Shown: positions 38,401 to 51,409 of the stretch, in pieces
Position numbering within the stretch: position 1 is the stretch's first letter
How the letters are laid out: each line of letters begins with the position of its first letter
Assembly: GCF_964355755.1 (NCBI RefSeq)
Contig: NC_092672.1
Location: forward strand, 1,798,001 to 1,862,000
Source: Antedon mediterranea
Lineage: Eukaryota; Animalia; Echinodermata
Direction: 5' to 3'
DNA: 64,000 nucleotides
Program-made: the position numbers and the translations under genes
The notes under the pieces: model-generated
Told to the model about the DNA's origin: nothing
The model's database searches: none
The model's input: the letters and a program-made list of their open reading frames with translations, nothing else

Positions 38401-41400
38401 ACCTGTTCTAAGCTTACGGTACTGTACTAAATAACGGGCGGTTGCTACCACCAATTCAAATGATTTTCTAAAACACTTTTGTTCCTAGAAATGTTGTAAT
38501 TTCTTATCAGAAATATAACCAGTTAAATCTATCTGTTACCATAGAGTTCTTGGGCTCCATTTATGTCGTCTTGATCTAGTTCTAGGTGTGCATTATATGC
38601 CTTATTCCACGGCCACATTATTGAGTTGAATAGGTTACTATGTGCTAAGCCAATGCTGTGTCCAAATTCATGTGTGGCAACCGATACAATATTTGTCCCT
38701 TGGAAAAATAAAAATTATATATTTTGTTTTAACGGGGTAACGCAACGACGTTGGCGTCGTCTTTGTCAACGTCATCGTCGCCATTGTTAACGTCATCGTC
38801 GCCGTTGTTAACGTCATCGTCGTCGTTGTTAACGTCATCGTCGTCGTTCTTAACGTCATCGTCGCCGTTAACGTCATCGTCGCCGTTGTTACACCGAAAT
38901 GCGAATTGCTTTGATGCGGGTTGCGACGACCGACTACGCAGACACGACACAGGTTAGTTCATGTCATGTCGTCAATCGCCTGAACCTAGAAAGCTTTGTA
39001 GAGGTGAAGTAAGCAACTGTCATGGAAGTGTAGTGCAAGGAAGCTTCACCGCATGCGCATAATGAATTAACATGACGTAGTTATGTCGTCAATAAACTCA
39101 CCAGTTGTTACACCCACCGTCCACGTTTCACTGTTATCAAAGTGCGCATCACCGGACCAGATGCCACTACCCGGGTAGAAAGCATGTGCCAGGACTTGGC
39201 CTTTGCCTTGGAAGACTATCCCGTCACCGTGATCATCATAAGGCTCAGCAAACAAGACTATGATGTCAGGGTCTTCGATATATTTGCGTTCAAACGTAAG
39301 CCCTGATACGTCCGACCAATACTGTGAAAGGAACAGATTATATTTTAGTAGAATTATATAGAAACATGCATTAATAAGTATAAGTATAAACATATGTATG
39401 GCATATCTATATTTTATAGAATTGGATTTGTCTGGTGTGAGTCAACAGGTCACGTGACATCCACCAGGATCTGGTTAAACACTATCACCTTCAATACCAA
39501 TCATCACGCCCATCATCTTCATCATCAATATCATCATAATCATCATTATCGTCGTCGTCTTTATCATCATCATCATCAATACACCGTCACCATCATCATC
39601 GCCATCATCTTCGTCATCATCTTCATCGCCATAATCATCGTCATCATCATCAGTATCATTTAAATTATTATTATTATCTATCGTCATCATCAACTTCATC
39701 CTCGTCATCATCATGCCATTCATCTTTAAATTCTTCATTAGGTTGTTTATCGTATTCCGGTTTACCTTTAATGCAGTCTCAATTGCGTCATCAAGTTGTG
39801 AAGGCGTTACTTTGACGGTGTATCGTAAAATATTCCACGTTAAATGTTTGCGGTCCCACTTGGTGCTATGCAGCGAATACCGCTTTGATCTACCACTGGA
39901 CGAAGTGTCTGTTTTATCTGATAGGCCGCATCTTGGTGTGTTCATCAACGTTAGCGTGGGGTCATCAAGCTCGCCTGTAATAATTGTAATAATAATTGTA
40001 ATAAAATATTCGTAAAACTGAAAGCCCTCCCCCATTGTTCAGTCACTCGGCAGCAGCGCAAAGACTTGTTTTAAAATATTCATTCATAATTCCAGTGTTC
40101 AATAGTACCAAAAGAAGCGGGTGCTTGTCAGTTTGGATACCATTTATGTACAGTACACACATACCAGACAACATTCATGAACAAAAACAAGGACCGGTGA
40201 GCCGGACACTCCGTTGCTTTAATAACGTCGGTGGGTAAGCGGACATAAGAGTGACCATCACAAACTATTGTCACTGAAATCAGCAATACGGTTCCTTAAC
40301 ACTATTGTTTCTATTGCTACAGTTTACTTAATATTTCGTTTCCAGTCGAAAGTCCTTATATATTATTATGTAGTCTGTCGTCGTTTTCCCAAGCATTCCA
40401 TACCTGTCTGAGGTATATTTCCGGTCGCTTGGTATTTTTTAAGAGCTTCAACGAAAGCACTGATGTCCGTGTTTGCCCCTGGATCAGGTTCCTCTAAGTA
40501 TTCGTACTTTATTAAATGCTCCTAAAATTAAACAAAAAACAATCTGTAAACATCATGCAGATAAAATAATCATACAGACCAGAATTACGTACAGGTGTGG
40601 ATATACATTTCCATATTTTTGCCATAGTTTTTTTTTAAATATTCACAACGATGATTGGGGAGACATTGATGGGGCGCGCGTGCTTACAACCAAACTCGAC
40701 ACTTCGACCAGGGAGTACATCAACTCCCTGCTTCGACACTGCACAGTTTTGGTTGAGTGTAGACAGTGGCGTAACGCGGAGGTCTGAGGCCCCTGGTTTA
40801 GAAACCCTCCGACGCTGGATGCCTTGGGCGTTTTTAGCATTTTCGACATATTTAATGCCTGTGCCTCTGTGCACTACTCATCAAGGTCCCCCATAACCTC
40901 CAGGGTTTAGTCAGTGAGCGCTCATAGCCGTTACGCTACTGATTCTAGATCTAGGTGACGAACAACGACACAATATCCGCAGATCAAAGATCATCGTAAA
41001 CCGTGTGACCACCGACCTATTTCTGATGGACATACCATCCCACTCCGGGAATAAGCATTGTTAATGTACTGTAAATAATTGCACCGAGAATACAAAGACA
41101 AATACAAATCGAGCAATAAAGCATTGTCACGCTGTCGGCGTATAATTTGTACAACTTTTTGACTTGTTTTACCGACGACAAAACTGGCGCCGCTATAAAT
41201 GTTTTCGATAACAAGTTATTTATTCGGTATTCCGTCGGGAATTTCTTCTTCAAACTTTGATTGGAAATACGGTCAATTGTTATCCACTAAGGACGTTTGA
41301 TGTACGTGTAGATCACATGCACGTGAGCTCGCGCGCGGGCGTACTACATGATACTGACTGTAGAACTACAAAAAAAAGCCTCCAGTGCTGTACCCTGGGC

Positions 41401-44400
41401 TACGTACACAGACACTAGACATAAATTGCTCGACCAAATATAGTGGTTAGATGGCACCAGGTATTCAAACTATAATTATCACGCGACCATTTTATTTGAT
41501 GAAAACATTGTAAAATTCAATTTATAGAAAAGCATTGAACGAATACTATGAAAGATTTCAATGCATCACAGCTTTTGAAAAAAAAAATGTTTGACGGTAT
41601 GGGCGGTACCAGTATTTGACATAAACAAAACAATACATCGAATAAATGTCTTGTAATTTTGATATGCCCGTGAGCATTGAGCAATTGAACTTAAGGGCCA
41701 CAATGGAAATAAGTTTGACCTTTGGTTACTTTTTTGTGTTACCCTGAATTCATTCTTTGTTTTTTTTTTATGTTGTGTTATTTTATGAATTCGAATAAAG
41801 AAATGAAACCTAGATTTTTTTATTTTTTTTTAATAGATAGTTCCGGTATTCCAAGGCGTAACTATTGCCTACTAGCATCTTGCGGTGAAAAGCAAACATT
41901 ACAATTTATGTTTGTTTACTGAATTTAATGCCCAATGTGATCGACTTTGTTGCTATTAAAGTTTATTTAGAAAATAAAACGTTTAGAAAGCCTCCTGGAA
42001 ATAAGGCGTCCTTAATATTCCGTTGTGCAATTTTGCGTGACGATAAAGAGGGCGCATTACTAGCTCCTTTTGTTTTAAGCTTGGTTCGCACTAGGACGCA
42101 ACGCAAGCGAGTTGACCAATGACAAGCGACAGTTTGAATAATCCATCGCTTGTGATTGGTCAAATACCTTACGTTGCGTCTACGTCCTTACGTTGCCTCC
42201 TAGTGGGAACCAACCTGTTAGTGGCGGTTGCATCGCTGTTGGTTGTAAACTGAATAAAATTTAAAAAAAATAAAATAAATTGTACTCTGGTGTACAGATC
42301 GATCGAGCGTACACCACAATGTTTTGTAAATCTTTAGTTGTAGGTACAAAAATATCGAATTCCCATGACATATAAATCACCATGCGTAACATTTTTTTCG
42401 ACGTAAACACAAATAATTACATTGTTTGTTTCCTAATAGTTTGGTTGTTATCGTGCAGGAAATAAACTATTCTACCCTAGGCTAAAATACATGTATTTTC
42501 TCTCCCATGCTTAAACATAGTAGGCCTGATTTAGATTATAATGATTACATTGATGATAGTGATATCTTTTATCTCATCATAAAAAGACGATTAACTAACG
42601 ATAAGAAGAAGAATATGATTATCAGTGTAAGTTATGAGAACGCTCTCATCTCATGACGTCAAACTTTCTTTAATACTTTCAGATTAAAATAATTTAACTG
42701 ATAAACTTCACAAGGTGACTATAAAAAGTTACCAATGTGGTTTTCCCATGATAAAAATTAGTGGGCAATATACCCTATAATAAAAGTTCCCGGCGTTTCA
42801 TTTTTTTTGGAAAATACTACGAGTTTCTGAGCTCAAGTATTATACCAATGAAACGCCATATATGTTAACATATTTATCTTTTTACTAATATTAGATAGAA
42901 ACATAGTCTAGAACCTAAACTAAAGCTCTGTCTACACTATCAAACTTTATGTGACAAACAAATGTGATGTGCCCATATATGGACATGATGATGTCATATC
43001 ACTACCTTATTAGTTATACCACTACATATTTGGGCATATCACAAAGCTAAGCATGCTTGTAAGACATGCCATAGGCGTCCATATCACAAAGCTAAGCATG
43101 CTTGTAAGACATGCCATAGGCGTCCATATCACAAAGCTAAGCATGCTTGTAAGACATGCCATAGGCGTCCATATTGTGCGTCTCCAAGTAGCAGACAAAT
43201 CTTTCTAAATTATATAAGGAGTTTTCTATAAAAAATAACAAATTCTGCCAAATATAAAGTCACCTAATTTTATTCACACGTAACGTGCGATTTCTTTGAT
43301 CAACCGCGTCCTAAACACAGAGGTACACAATAGTGACACTATTGGTACCCTTTGACAGGACCCGCCAATAGATAGATTCGTGTGAAAGCCATTGTTAATT
43401 TCTGTGAAGGCAAATTTCCTTATAAATATTATACATTGTCTATTATACACATGTGTGTTGTCATTTTAGTCGGGTTTCTCTTTATCTGATTTATATTTTG
43501 TAGAATCTGTTAGGTAAATTGTAAGTTGTGTAAATCTCATAATTTGTGGTTATCGAAAACTAATCGGCGTCTCTTTAATCTAATTTAATCGTGCCGTACC
43601 GCGTAATATCAATTCAGAATCTGTGTGTGTTTAGATATTCTCAATAATACCGTTCAAAATTTGTATCGGAACCCTTTCAATCTGGATTACGGTTTGTCTT
43701 ACAACTTGTATGATGTTGTTCTTTTTGTGAGAATGATGTTCATATCTGATAATCTTAAAGTTTACAAATCGGCCGAAATGAAAATCCACCAGGAATAACG
43801 GAACTTCTTGTTTAGATTGTACTTTTTCTACAGTGGTAGTGGCCCAGCCTAGGATATTAAATTGTCATAAAAACGGAAAGATGCAATCAAGATTTGTTTC
43901 GTATTCGTCAACCAACATTGCTGCTTTCTCGGCTTCTTTTAGTAATTCGTAACGTTTTCCCAGGCGCGGCCAGCACTTTGCTTTTTCCCAGGCCAGCACT
44001 TGACATTTTCCCAGGCCAGCACTTGGCTTTTCCCAGGCCTAGCACTTGACATTTTCCCAGGCCAGCACTTGGCTTTTTCCCAGGCCAGCACTTGACTTTT
44101 TCCCAGGCCAGCATTTTGTTGATGATATTGATTGGCATTCTCATCTTTCTCTTCTTGTCAGAAAGCGTCTGGCACAAAACCTCTGGATAATGTCTTATTG
44201 GTTGTGCTACGTGATGAATGCTGGATGATCTCCAAAACAAAGAGAACCACATCACCTTCCTTTCCACATTCTCTCTCCCCATTGATATTTTAAACACAAA
44301 CAGGGTTTCATTAGGAGAGGCACGTAAATAGTGTAGAAGACCGTTATTTCAACTCTTTTGTTAAATATAATTGTTTATGATAAATTCATTTTCATGAACT

Positions 44401-47400
44401 AGTAACTGTGAAATAACGACGCATGTAAAACTTTTTTTTAATTCATGCGTTCACCGTTGGTTATCTCATATGTGCTTATCCTAACTTGGTTCTGAACTGG
44501 ACGCAACGCAGGTGAGTTGACCAATAACAAACGACGGTTCGGATGACACACGCGTTGTGATTGGTCAAATTACTTGCGGTGCACCTACGTCGCGCGTTGC
44601 GTCCAAGTGGCAACCAAGTCTGATATCTAACCATGGTCTAAATGCTATTTTCAGTACTGGCCTTCCACGGTGGATGTGGTTAGGTTCCATAGGCCTAGAT
44701 CAATACCAGAGTAGTAACACTTTTAACAATGTTCTGTACTGGAATCCCTAATCCTCGGTGATCTGCGTATAACACGTGATAGGATCCCATTGTCTATTGT
44801 CTGACATATATCTATTTGTTCAATAGTGTTAAGCTGATTATTTGCTGCAACTTGTAAAACTAAGCAAGTATATTCATCAATAACCAATACGCTGTTAGTG
44901 ACAGCATAGAAATATTATAATATCTCTACGGTGACAGGCAGTTTTTGCTATTGTCACTGTTAACGGTCAAATAGACAATATGTAATAAAACTCGCGTCGT
45001 CACGTACTACTATACTAATCTCGCTGCCATCACATTTAATTATGTTATACCTTTCTTGTTGAATTACTTTATACAATACATTTTGTTTATGTAATCAGTT
45101 AATTTATTATAGTTTAATATCAACGATTTAATGTCTGTTATTTTTAATAATGCTAAAATTAGTTAACGTAAACACATAAACCATAGAGTTCTATTTTTAT
45201 ACCTCCATGCATAAAGTACAGATACAGAAGTCCAGATAAATGCGCTGGTATCGAATTCTAACAATTGGTATATTAAATCAATCAACTGTGTTGCTGTATC
45301 GAACAGTTATAGTTAAATATTAACATATTATTATGGAAAACATTAATTTCCTTCTTTTAGAACCGGTCCTAACAATAAATATATAAGAAAAAGCATTAAA
45401 GTTGTTAATATAAAATACTGATTGAATATGTTATAATGGTGTACATGTGTACATGTTACTATTATGGTCCTATACAGCCTAGAATCACCAGCTTAACGTC
45501 CAGTTCGAAGTTTTAAAACGATAATTCTTTGGAATACTAATACAGTACATTACTGCAGTATTTCGAGGTGTACGAAATATTGCTCTAGGCATATCGTCGA
45601 TGTCAGTTAAAAGATATCGCATGATGATCTCCGCTCTTTTTTATATTTACATACTCTATAAAAATGTTAACGTCAATGGAAAAGAGGCTGGTGGATGTTT
45701 AAACAGCAAAGTTCATATTTGACACCAGTAAAGTACACAAGGTCTCGTAGCACGTAGAAGTTACAGACATCATTTGGAACATAAAAGTTCATTTTTCTAT
45801 TTTTTAGCAACGTTTCTTTACCTTTTCTCACGTATTTTGATCTGTAGGCCTATACTTTAAAAACATCATCATTGGAAACTAGTTTCTAAACGGTTTTTAA
45901 AAGAATTGTCAAGCATAGCTTTGTTGACAGCAAACAATGCGAAGTGTTCACACTGTTGTTTTGAAAACGAAACAAACTGCCTAAAATAAATCCGATGACG
46001 TAACAAATTGAATATTCTAAATCCATAATTATAGATAAACATGACCTCTACAAAAAGTCTAGAAAACAATAAAGCAGTTCTAGTTGATGCATTTATTTAG
46101 TAAAAGAAATGAAGGAAATGATAACGATATTGTAGTAGCACCAACACAAACAAAGTATAGATACGATATCTGATTATATTTTTGGACCACCTAAAAATTA
46201 GAATGGCGTCCTTGTCATAAAGAATAACGAAAAGAAAAAAATACTGATAAAAAAACATTAAAATCGGCAAACTGAGAAAGCTATTCAGCTGGTTGCATTT
46301 TGTGCTTTCGTTTTAGTGTGACTTTTAACCTTGCATGAAATATTGTTATAAAGCACACTGATTTATTTAAATAGATTATTAAAATAGATGTTATGTATTG
46401 TTATTGTCATATGACTAACAATTAATAAGTGAAGCTGCGACGCCATGCATATGCATACAGCATGTTGCGATCAGTAAGAAGTCTATGTTTTTATTGACAT
46501 TAAAATCGATTTTCAACGTATCAATTGCTTTACTCCACCCTCACTGATTAATCACGCGCGCGCGAATAGAATTCACCAACAGCCAATAAAATAAGTTTTT
46601 ACAGGTCAATAAATACACACGAAAGCAGTAATAATAATCTATTGAGCACATTATACATAAAGTATGCAGGAATTAGACTAGTTTATCTTCCATGATCCAA
46701 CTTTGCCACAACAAACCCGTTAGGCCTTCATTCATTGTCTCAGTGGTTGGTTCTCAATTGTAGAATTTGTTGATTTACCCGGTTTGTTTATTGAAATATT
46801 TTAGAGCGGACCTAATGATTTTTTTTTTTTTAGTTTTTTAATCTGAATTGATCATGTCATTTCTAGGGAACAGATATTGAGATTTCATTTTTATCTGATG
46901 GTTGTGTGTTTGCAGAACTTTCTCCACTTTCCAGCTAGCTGTATGGCTACGCGTGAGACTTCGGGCCTGTTTCTATAGAGCAGAGAATACGGTTTTGAAT
47001 ACCGTTCTTTTCAAGAACCGTTTTTTCTTGCCAGCAGAAATGGGTCCCCACAAAAAACCACAAAAAAGAACCGATCTTAAAAACGGTTTCAAAAACCCCA
47101 ATTGATTGCGGTCTCGATCGCAAAGAACCGTTCTGAAACCGGTTTCCGCGGAGCAATTTTTAGCTGCAACACAATCGCGGTCTCAATTTGACCCCAAAAA
47201 CTGAACTCTGCAGTGTGCTGCACTGGGATGATTGCGGTCATCTCGCAGTCAAACTCGCGCGATAGGACCTAGGCCTAAGTCATTTTTATTTCTCTAGATA
47301 GTGAGTATTTTATTTAACTAAAAAATGTTGACCGATGCCATTACGAGGTTCGTAAAAAATATGTGAAGGAAAGAAGATGAGGGGACTTGTCGGGAGTCGG

Positions 47401-50081
47401 AAGAAATACTCGCGTACTATAGGCCTACATGTTTTTAAGAATATTGTAAAGCGTGTGAAAAATAGACGAGTTCAACTTGACAATATCAGAGGGTGCGACG
47501 TACCTACAGTATACTTTAACCAAGGACCACAATAACGTTTCAGGTAATAATTCCCCCTTCTATGATGAAATGGATGCTATTTCTTGGGGATCGCGCTATG
47601 CGAAAAAAAGTAAACATGACCTCGATCAAATCGCGCTTCCGCCTAACGAACTGCATTGTGGTGTATATAATGACGTCATTCATAACGAACGCACATGGAC
47701 GGAACCGGTTTTATTGGAGTAAAAATTGAGCTGCAACGCGATCTTTATTTATAAACAACAGCCGAAACCGGTTTCCAAAAAACCGTTCTTTTTTTATTTT
47801 TCAATAGAAACAGGCCCTTCGTGGATACGTGCGTGGGACTGTATGGCTACGCGCGTGTGACTGTCTGGCTACGCGTGGGACTTCGTTGCTACGCGCGTGT
47901 GACTGTGTGGCTGCGCTAAGCGTGGGACTTTGTGGCTACACATGGGACTTTGTGGCCACCTAGACTTCCTCAATAACAGTTCCCACCATGAAGTACAGTT
48001 CCAAATACCATCCAAAAAATCTTCTTTTCAAAGATTTGAAAACCTCTTTTATAGTAGTAGAAAATAAATGTAAAAAACTCTAGAAAGACTAATAGTGAAA
48101 TAAAAATTAGACAATCTTGGTCATGTCAATTTTGAATACAATGCACATTGTTCCGATTGAAATATCGACAGAGATCGATTGTTGTATATGACTTTAGAAT
48201 AGATTGTATTTATTATTGTATAAAACTTTTCTAAACCTGGCCTCCTTTCAACATTTTGAACACACAAGAGTTTAATTTAAGTTTCAACATCACGAAGCAT
48301 CAGTTGAACCATGTATTAGCACAGTTATTGATTGGTCAAGTAAGAGATCATGTGACAGTACTTCACTTATAATGTAAAAGTTTCCTATCTAAATGAATAT
48401 AAATATTTAATGAAAATCCTTAAATACGTTTAATTTACTTAAGTGAAATATCTCACTTAAGTGTGATTGTGAATACGACCACTGCTTTCAGCAGTTGAAT
48501 TTTCATATATATATTTAATGGCAATCCTATTTATTTATTTACTCACTTCACTTAAGTGTGATTGGTGAACTGACTTACATCAGTTGAATTTGAATATGGC
48601 AACAGTACTAATTTAACAGTATCATTTTACAATATTGAAACAATTTTTACCTGGTAATCTATCTGTGAACAATAATTGTCAAAGAACAATCGAACAATAC
48701 CGGCAGCATGCCAACACTATTACTAACGATTCACCTGCACACCATTGTATCCAACTAAACAAATCCTTTCAATTCGTTAACGGGACTTTTTCAGATAGTA
48801 ACAACATACTAAGTAATTTGAATAATGTTGAGCAATATAACTTCCGTGTTGCATGGAGAAATTAATAAATGGAGTAATAATTATTTAGTGATGGCAAAAT
48901 AGTGTTTAAATTGTTTTACTCGTATTTAACTTGTGTTTTGACCCATAAGGAATGTTTGTTTAGTGATGCATTCAATCAGATAGCATTGCTAGAGAGGAGA
49001 ACGATAATTTAATTATTTCCAATGTTCATGCAAGTATCTAAATCACTAAAAAGAAAAACAATAATAACATTTTCAAAAAAATTGTGGCAAATTAACTATT
49101 ATAATCAGCACTTTTGTTTATAATCTTGATTTGAAGATTCTGTATCTAAAATTAAGATAGGCCTGTTCATCTGTTATACCAGAGTGAAGAGTGGAATTCA
49201 ACTCTTCCCTGGTTGTACCGTGCTTTGATAGGTATGGAAGGCATACGAAGTCAAACACATTCCGGTCAATGGGACTTGTAAATAGAATGTATGTTGATAT
49301 AATATCATAGAATGTACTTTTAATTAATTAACTAAATGCTGTGAAAGCCTTTTTATATATACATTACCAAAAATAAAAGGAATATAAAATACAGCATTAC
49401 AATGTTGATGATCACCACAGTTTATTCAACAATTCATCTTCAGATGCAAATGTCATTCCCGGTCGTTTATATTCGACGATTTCTTTTTTTTTTTTTACTG
49501 AAAACTGTAAATTGCGTAATCGATAACTGAACCTATTTCGAATAAATTATGTATTAGGATTTTAATCTTCTCTTAGCAAAAGAAGGGTATAGTGAACATG
49601 TAGACATAGACCAAACTTGAAAAATAAACCCCTGGGGTATAAACGACCAACAAAACAATGTCGCTGCCAGCCCGTGATAACAAAAGGAAGTAAATTACTT
49701 TTAAAAATGTATAGACCCCCTAAATGAATTGAATAAAGTAAGCATCCTGCAATACGGCAACGCTAAACGTTAGTTTAAAGATCAACTAATTTCATTTCTT
49801 TCAAGAAAGTAGGCCTACATTGCAACTTCTGAGGAAAAAGCACGGCACCCAAAACCACTACAAAAGAAGCTCTGCGTGAAAGTATGAAATGGAACTTATT
49901 ATCCCATCAACAAGTGCCATATCTTCCTTTTGTCATGGCAGGGGCAAAAATGGTGACCACTTACCGCCGCCTCTCCCGCGTTAGTAACTGGTGTTCCTTC
50001 TACAACTGTAAGTATTGAAAACGCACTCAATATATAAACATAATGGCAACTACTGCAGACAATGTATAACTTCCTTAACAT
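35472..50081 (-). CDS. Membrane-type matrix metalloproteinase (M10A) with hemopexin domain and hydrophobic C-terminus, 9 coding exons
   Basis: Exons (minus) 50081-49965, 40521-40404, 39974-39766, 39321-39102, 38698-38540, 38076-37909, 37225-37071, 36543-36393, 35848-35472. Features: signal peptide, cysteine switch PRCGLSD, furin site RSKR, LAHAFYPG, GDAHFD, zinc motif HEFGHSIGLAHS, Met-turn SIMWP, Pro/Thr hinge, hemopexin repeats (LDAA, YFFK, DWFGC) and terminal FLTLFISFLLFIII. Exon 1 lies across a 9.4-kb intron; it is phase compatible but less certain. Confidence 0.9.
36036..36277 (+). repeat. 80-bp tandem repeat x3 in the last MMP intron
   Basis: CGATAAGAGTCGTTGCTTGTGAT recurs at 36036, 36116 and 36196. 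Confidence 0.9.
38765..38892 (+). repeat. ~21-bp tandem repeat (AACGTCATCGTCGCCGTTGTT) in MMP intron 4
   Basis: About six direct units. Confidence 0.85.
39485..39725 (+). repeat. Degenerate (CAT)n microsatellite in MMP intron 3
   Basis: CAT/CGT/CTT triplet run. Confidence 0.85.
40764..40941. mobile_element. Short hAT-like MITE; a related 3' half lies at ~15133-15188
   Basis: TIRs CAGTGGCGTAACG / CGTTACGCTACTG with a degenerate 8-bp TSD AGTGTAGA / ATTCTAGA. Confidence 0.6.
42077..42215. mobile_element. Palindromic MITE family B; other copies at ~44485-44620, 50360-50610 (compound), 51225-51350, 52125-52230, 55470-55603, 56760-56890, 57665-57765, 60895-61028, 62145-62285
   Basis: AAGCTTGGTTCCCACTAG..ACGCAACGCAAG..TTGACCAATGACAAGCG / CGCTTGTGATTGGTCAA..GCGTTGCGTC..CTAGTGGGAACCAAGCT fold-back structure. 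Confidence 0.8.
42921..43175 (+). repeat. Truncated MITE family A copy followed by a 45-bp tandem repeat x3
   Basis: Left TIR at 42921. CATATCACAAAGCTAAGCATGCTTGTAAGACATGCCATAGGCGTC starts at 43035, 43080 and 43125. Confidence 0.85.
43958..44113 (-). repeat. 23-bp minisatellite, same family as 26303-26640, opposite orientation
   Basis: TTTCCCAGGCCAGCACTTGAC units. Confidence 0.85.
46963..47817 (+). mobile_element. PIF/Harbinger deletion derivative with a remnant of the Myb/SANT-like ORF
   Basis: 14-bp TIRs GGGCCTGTTTCTAT / ATAGAAACAGGCCC with a 3-bp TSD TTC on both sides. The internal peptide KDHNNVSGNNSPFYDEMDAI resembles the C-terminal motif of Harbinger Myb/trihelix proteins. It is inserted in a GGCTACGCGTGGGACT tandem repeat (46940-47960). 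Confidence 0.75.
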
Positions 50082-50190
50082 TTTTATAAAAGGCTGGAAT
50101 AGATAAACAGCAGTAGCGCTTGGTATGATCCTTGGTTGGATGACTAGGCCTATACAATTAAACACTCTGACATTCACGTTTCGTTTGTTT

Positions 50191-50197
50191 TGACTCA
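50191..50197 (-). promoter_or_regulatory. Candidate AP-1 site upstream of the MMP
   Basis: Perfect TGACTCA ~110 bp upstream of the MMP ATG. Confidence 0.35.
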
Positions 50198-51409
50198 CTC
50201 ACAGCCCTGTGTTGAATTATAAACTCTCTTTTAATTCATTCTTTTCATCGTAGTCGCTCAAGTATGAAACAATCTATAAACAGTGTACTGTACTATGTAT
50301 TATACAATAGTTATCTTTTCTATTTGGAGAGGGCGCTGTAGATCGTCAATGACACAACTTGTGTTGCGTCGCTAGTGGGAACCACGCTTTAAGCTTGGTT
50401 CCCACTAGAACGTAACGCAAGCAAGGACGTAAACGCAACGCAAGCGTTTTAACCAATGACAAGCGAAGTTATAGACAGTTAGCAATCACAAGCGAATAAG
50501 CCATCGCTTGTGATTGGTCAATTCACTTGCGTTGCGTTACGTCCTTGTGTTGCGTCGCTAGTGGGAACCACGCTTTGCGTTCCTGCGTTGCGTCCAGGGA
50601 ACCAAGCTTACAACGACTTTTCTACGCGCAATTTGTAAAAGTGAGGTTCGCTACAATGGTGTCACTTTTACACCTCCACTCAGTACCAGCGATGGTGTTT
50701 ATATAATCAGCAATGGTGTATACGTGTTAAGATGTTTTATTGACAATTAGTTTACATAATTCACCATTTTATCGAAATAATAAGACTGACTACAGTGCTG
50801 TGTTTAGAGTCAAATGATGGTTATCAATTCATCATTAATTTGAAATTGAACGAATTTAACAGTGAATCACAGTGCTGTGTTAACACTTTGTTGATTACGA
50901 ATTGACTACGAATAAATAATTATACTAAATAATTATTGTAATTATACTGTCTGCATATTATTATTATTTCCGTTTTCCATAATTTCGGCGCCAAAAACCA
51001 TTTTTTGTTATGCCTACGGCGCATCAACACTGTATACTCTGGACTACAACAACAAACAATCTCTCGGAGTTTCTGTATAATTTTTATTTGTTTGTAATTT
51101 AGATCTCACAACAATTTTTGTTGTTTCCGATTTAAAACGAAAACGAATTTCTAATATTTTAATATTATTCTAAACTATTGATGCTTCTTCCACGTTCTAG
51201 ATTCTAAAAATAATGAAGCTTTTCCACCGCTAGAACTACGCGCAAGCAAATTCACCAATCATAAACGACGGTTCAGACAATTGTTCGCTTGTGATTGGTC
51301 AAATTACTTTCAATACGTGTACGTCCTTGCGTTGCGTCCAATGGAACCAAACTGAAATACAATGCTTGTGCTGCTTCAAAAGCCAGGGAAACGATTTTAC
51401 TAAATACAT

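Noticed and set aside
38668-39725. Asp-, Thr-, Ser- and His-rich ORFs suggesting biomineral or metal-binding proteins
   Set aside because: They derive from intronic simple repeats between well-defined MMP exons.
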